DNA of 64,000 nucleotides from an uncultured delta proteobacterium. GTDB lineage: Bacteria > Myxococcota > Myxococcia > Myxococcales > Anaeromyxobacteraceae. This document shows, one piece after another, positions 61,344 through 64,000 of this stretch (the first letter of the stretch is position 1; every line of letters begins with the position of its first letter). The DNA is taken from the NCBI GenBank assembly GCA_963739565.1, contig CAVUBF010000008.1, forward strand, positions 343,234-407,233, written 5' to 3'. Made by a program: the position numbers and the translations under genes. A model generated the notes under the pieces. The model saw only the letters and a program-made list of their open reading frames with translations. It was not told the origin of the DNA and did not search any database.

Positions 61344-61387
61344 CCTCCCTCTCCCCGCATCGCGGGGAGAGGGCCGGGGAGAGGGGC
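61344..61387. repeat. REP-like palindromic element, copy 3
   Basis: CCTCCCTCTCCCCGC-ATC-GCGGGGAGAGGGCCGGGGAGAGGGG between convergent genes. Confidence 0.7.
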
Positions 61388-61388
61388 G

Positions 61389-62270
61389 CTACCTCGGGGA
61401 CCCGCCGAGCGGGGACCCCGCCTCGCGGATGAAGCTGCCGTCCCGGAGCTCGCGGAGCGCGTCGCGGATCTCCTCCGCGGTGTTCATGACGAAGGGGCCG
61501 TACCGCGCCACGGGCTCGCCGAGCGGGCGGCCCGAGAGCAGGAGGAAGCGGCCCGGCTCGTCACCGGTGCGCACGCGGACCACGTCGCCGTCCCCGAGGA
61601 TGGCGAGGCGGGTGGCCGCGACCGGCGCGCCGCCCTCCCCGAACGCGACCGCGCCGCGGAACACGTAGGCGAGGGCGGTTTGGCCGCGCGGGACCGGCTG
61701 CTCGAAGGTGCGGTGCGCGGGCATCGAGACGTCGAGGTACTCCGGCTCGGCGTAGATCTCCCGGACCGCGCCCTGGACCCCGTCCACCGCGCCGGCCACC
61801 ACCCGGACCGAGATGCCGTCCGGGCGGACGAGCTCGGGGATCTTCGCGGCGGCGACGTCCTGGTAGCGCGGGCGCGTCATCTTGAGCTTCGCCGGGAGGT
61901 TCACCCAGATCTGGAAGCCGTCGAGGCGCCGCGGGCCCGCCTTCGGCATCTCCTCGTGGAGGATGCCGCTGCCCGCCGTCATCCACTGCACGTCGCCCGG
62001 CGCCGATGACCCCCTGCGTTCCGCAGGCTGTCGCGGTGGGCGACGCTGCCGTCGAGCATGTAGGTGACGGTCTCGATGCCGCGGTGCGGGTGCATCGGGA
62101 AGCCGGCGAGGTAGTCCGCCGGGATCCTCCGAGCCGAAGTGGTCGAAGAGCAGGAAGGGGTCGAGGTAGTCGAGGTGCCGCGTCGCGATGGAGCGCCGCA
62201 GCCGGACGCCGGCCCCTTCGCTGACGGGCGTGGGCTCGATGATCTCGGAGACGGTGCGTTCGGTGGTCAT
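61389..62270 (-). CDS. Pirin family protein (frameshifted)
   Basis: [52 protein letters not shown]. Confidence 0.92.
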   Translation of the reverse strand: MTTERTVSEIIEPTPVSEGAGVRLRRSIATRHLDYLDPFLLFDHFGSEDPGGLPRRLPDAPAPRHRDRHLHARRQRRPPRQPAERRGSSAPGDVQWMTAGSGILHEEMPKAGPRRLDGFQIWVNLPAKLKMTRPRYQDVAAAKIPELVRPDGISVRVVAGAVDGVQGAVREIYAEPEYLDVSMPAHRTFEQPVPRGQTALAYVFRGAVAFGEGGAPVAATRLAILGDGDVVRVRTGDEPGRFLLLSGRPLGEPVARYGPFVMNTAEEIRDALRELRDGSFIREAGSPLGGSPR

Positions 62271-62328
62271 GGTGGATTTCTACTGCTGCGCGCCGGTCCC
62301 GCAACGCCATGGATGTGGCGTGGGGCGG

Positions 62329-62814
62329 TCAGGCCGTGCGACGGACCTCGACGACGCCCAGCGTCACGCGGCCGCCGGGCCGGTCCACCTCGACCTCGTC
62401 GCCCGCCTCGCGCCCGAGCAGCGCGCGGCCGATCGGCGACGCCGCCGAGACGAGCCCCCGCCTCGCGTCGGCCTCGTCGGGCCCGACGAGCCGCCAGGTG
62501 CTGCGCGCGCCTCCCTCGTCCTCCACCGTCACCCACGTTCCGAAGGCGACCTGCCCCTCCGGCGCGTCGCCGGGCGAGAGCACCGTCAGCGTCGCGAGGG
62601 TCGCACCGACGAGCGCGGCGCGGCGGGCGAGGGCGTCGGCGCGGGCCGCATCGGGCGCGGCAGCGCGCTCCGCCTCGAGCGCCTCGAGCTCGGCCCGGAG
62701 CGCGGCGTGCCCTTCCGGCGTCACGTACCGGCGCTCGCCGGGCGCGAGGCGGGGCGACGCCCGGACGACCGGCTCGACCTCGGGGGTCTCCTCGCTGGTG
62801 AAGGCCTTCGACAC
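62329..62814 (-). CDS. GreA/GreB-family protein with short coiled coil
   Basis: MSKAF..YVTPEG, VAFGTWV, LVGPDEAD..SAASPIGRALLG. Confidence 0.85.
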   Translation of the reverse strand: MSKAFTSEETPEVEPVVRASPRLAPGERRYVTPEGHAALRAELEALEAERAAAPDAARADALARRAALVGATLATLTVLSPGDAPEGQVAFGTWVTVEDEGGARSTWRLVGPDEADARRGLVSAASPIGRALLGREAGDEVEVDRPGGRVTLGVVEVRRTA

Positions 62815-62897
62815 ACCCGGATCCTAGCGACGAGGTCCCGGTCTCGCCGGGCGGCGAGACTCCGGAGCGGGCGCCGGGGGAGCGGACGCGGAACCGC

Positions 62898-63332
62898 CTA
62901 CCGCCGCGTGAGCCCCTGCGACGTGAGCGCGACCGGGTCGCCGACCCGGAACGGGAGGACGTTCTGGTAGACGTAGCGCTCGAGCGCGCCGTCGTCGAAC
63001 CGGACGAAGATCTCGTAGAACCGGTCCTCGGCTCCGCCGCTGCTCGCCGCGGCGCCGACCATCGCGCCGCCCATCATCCCGACCATGGTCTGCGCCGCGC
63101 TGTGACCGCCGAAGAGGAGGCCGCCGATGAGGGCGCCCGCCACCGCGCCGGCGCCGGGGTCGCCCTGCTGCGTCCGGACGTTCTCCCGGATCGACTCCAC
63201 GTGACCGTACCGCGCCCACTCGGCGCCGTACGGGTCCTGCCCCCAGGTCTGGGAGCGGTACGTGGTCGCGACGCACCCGCCGAGGAGCAGGGCGGGGAGC
63301 ACCAGGAGCGCGACGCGGCGGACGTTCGTCAT
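62898..63332 (-). CDS. Glycine-zipper 2TM lipoprotein (SlyB-like)
   Basis: LLGGC lipobox; GAGAVAGALIGGLL..GMMGGAMVG; YEIFVRFDDG..FRVGDPV. Confidence 0.8.
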   Translation of the reverse strand: MTNVRRVALLVLPALLLGGCVATTYRSQTWGQDPYGAEWARYGHVESIRENVRTQQGDPGAGAVAGALIGGLLFGGHSAAQTMVGMMGGAMVGAAASSGGAEDRFYEIFVRFDDGALERYVYQNVLPFRVGDPVALTSQGLTRR

Positions 63333-63588
63333 GACTCCAGGAAATGCATACCGCGGACCAGGGGCCGGGCGCCGGAAATTCCGTCTTGCCGCGGGGTTGC
63401 GGGCTGGGGTGGGAGGTCCGCCTCGTGGCGCCCCGGCACACCGTGGCTTCACATTCCCGGTCGGGAGGCGCCTCCCGGGGCGTCCCGGCGCGGAGCGGGG
63501 GGGCGAGGCGCCCCCCGCTGGCCTCTGGCGGGAGGGTCGCCGCCCGGAGGTCTGGTAAGATGCCCGACCCAATTCGAGGGAGACGTCG

Positions 63589-64000
63589 GTGATCCGCCAC
63601 GAAGACATCGGTCGCGCGGTCCGCGAGTGCGAGTATGCGGTCCGCGGCCCCATCGTCGCGCGTGCCCAGGAGCTGGAGCGCCAGGGGCGCCGCATCATCT
63701 ACTGCAACATCGGGAACCCGCAGTCGCTCGGGCAGCGCCCGATCACCTGGGTGCGCCAGGTGCTCGCCCTCGCCGAGTGGGCGGAGCTCGCATCGGCCGT
63801 CCCCGCCGGCACCTTCCCCGAGGACGTCCTCGAGACGGCCCGCCTGCTCGCCCGCGAGACGAAGCACGGCCTCGGCGCCTACACGGAGTCGAAGGGCTAC
63901 CGGTTCGTCCGCGAGGCGGTGGCGCGGTTCATCGCGGCGCGCGACGGGATCGCCTCCGACCCCGAGGCGATCTTCCTCACCGACGGCGCGTCCAAGGGCG
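63589..64000 (+). CDS. PLP-dependent alanine aminotransferase-like (3'-partial)
   Basis: Read directly from sequence: CEYAVRGPIV..YCNIGNPQSLGQRPITWVRQVLAL..GAYTESKG..IFLTDGASKG. Confidence 0.85.
   Translation, partial: MIRHEDIGRAVRECEYAVRGPIVARAQELERQGRRIIYCNIGNPQSLGQRPITWVRQVLALAEWAELASAVPAGTFPEDVLETARLLARETKHGLGAYTESKGYRFVREAVARFIAARDGIASDPEAIFLTDGASKG

Overview
Very GC-rich bacterial chromosomal segment; gene content and protein style suggest an Anaeromyxobacter/Myxococcota-like organism (inference). About 60 genes: a MarR-mdtABC RND efflux operon, several SDR/AKR/ADH oxidoreductases, hisI-hisG, a PilZ protein, an MCP, an ABC-2 exporter, a TCA block (sdhCAB, DUF815-like ATPase, monomeric icd, mdh), mmsA, prfC, a cyclophilin, mqnD, a GDT1 transporter, an LTA-synthase-like sulfatase, hom, DksA-like and Gre-like factors, pirin and a partial aminotransferase. 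About 20 genes, including essential ones, are broken by 1-nt indels. These are most likely sequencing or consensus errors, and coordinates of those genes were stitched across frames by eye. No rRNA, tRNA, CRISPR, IS or prophage was seen. The stand-out feature is a lipoprotein (40405-42258) with seven 4-Cys thrombospondin-type-1-like repeats interleaved with two small CxxCH cytochrome c domains, behind a sigma54-like promoter overlapped by a perfect inverted repeat. Other points of interest: an orphan Imm8-like immunity gene, an HExxxH metalloprotease-like unknown, twin aromatic-rich secreted paralogs, a eukaryote-like alanine aminotransferase, a dispersed REP-like element, and several operator-like repeats. 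All family calls are by motif recognition from memory; no searches were run.
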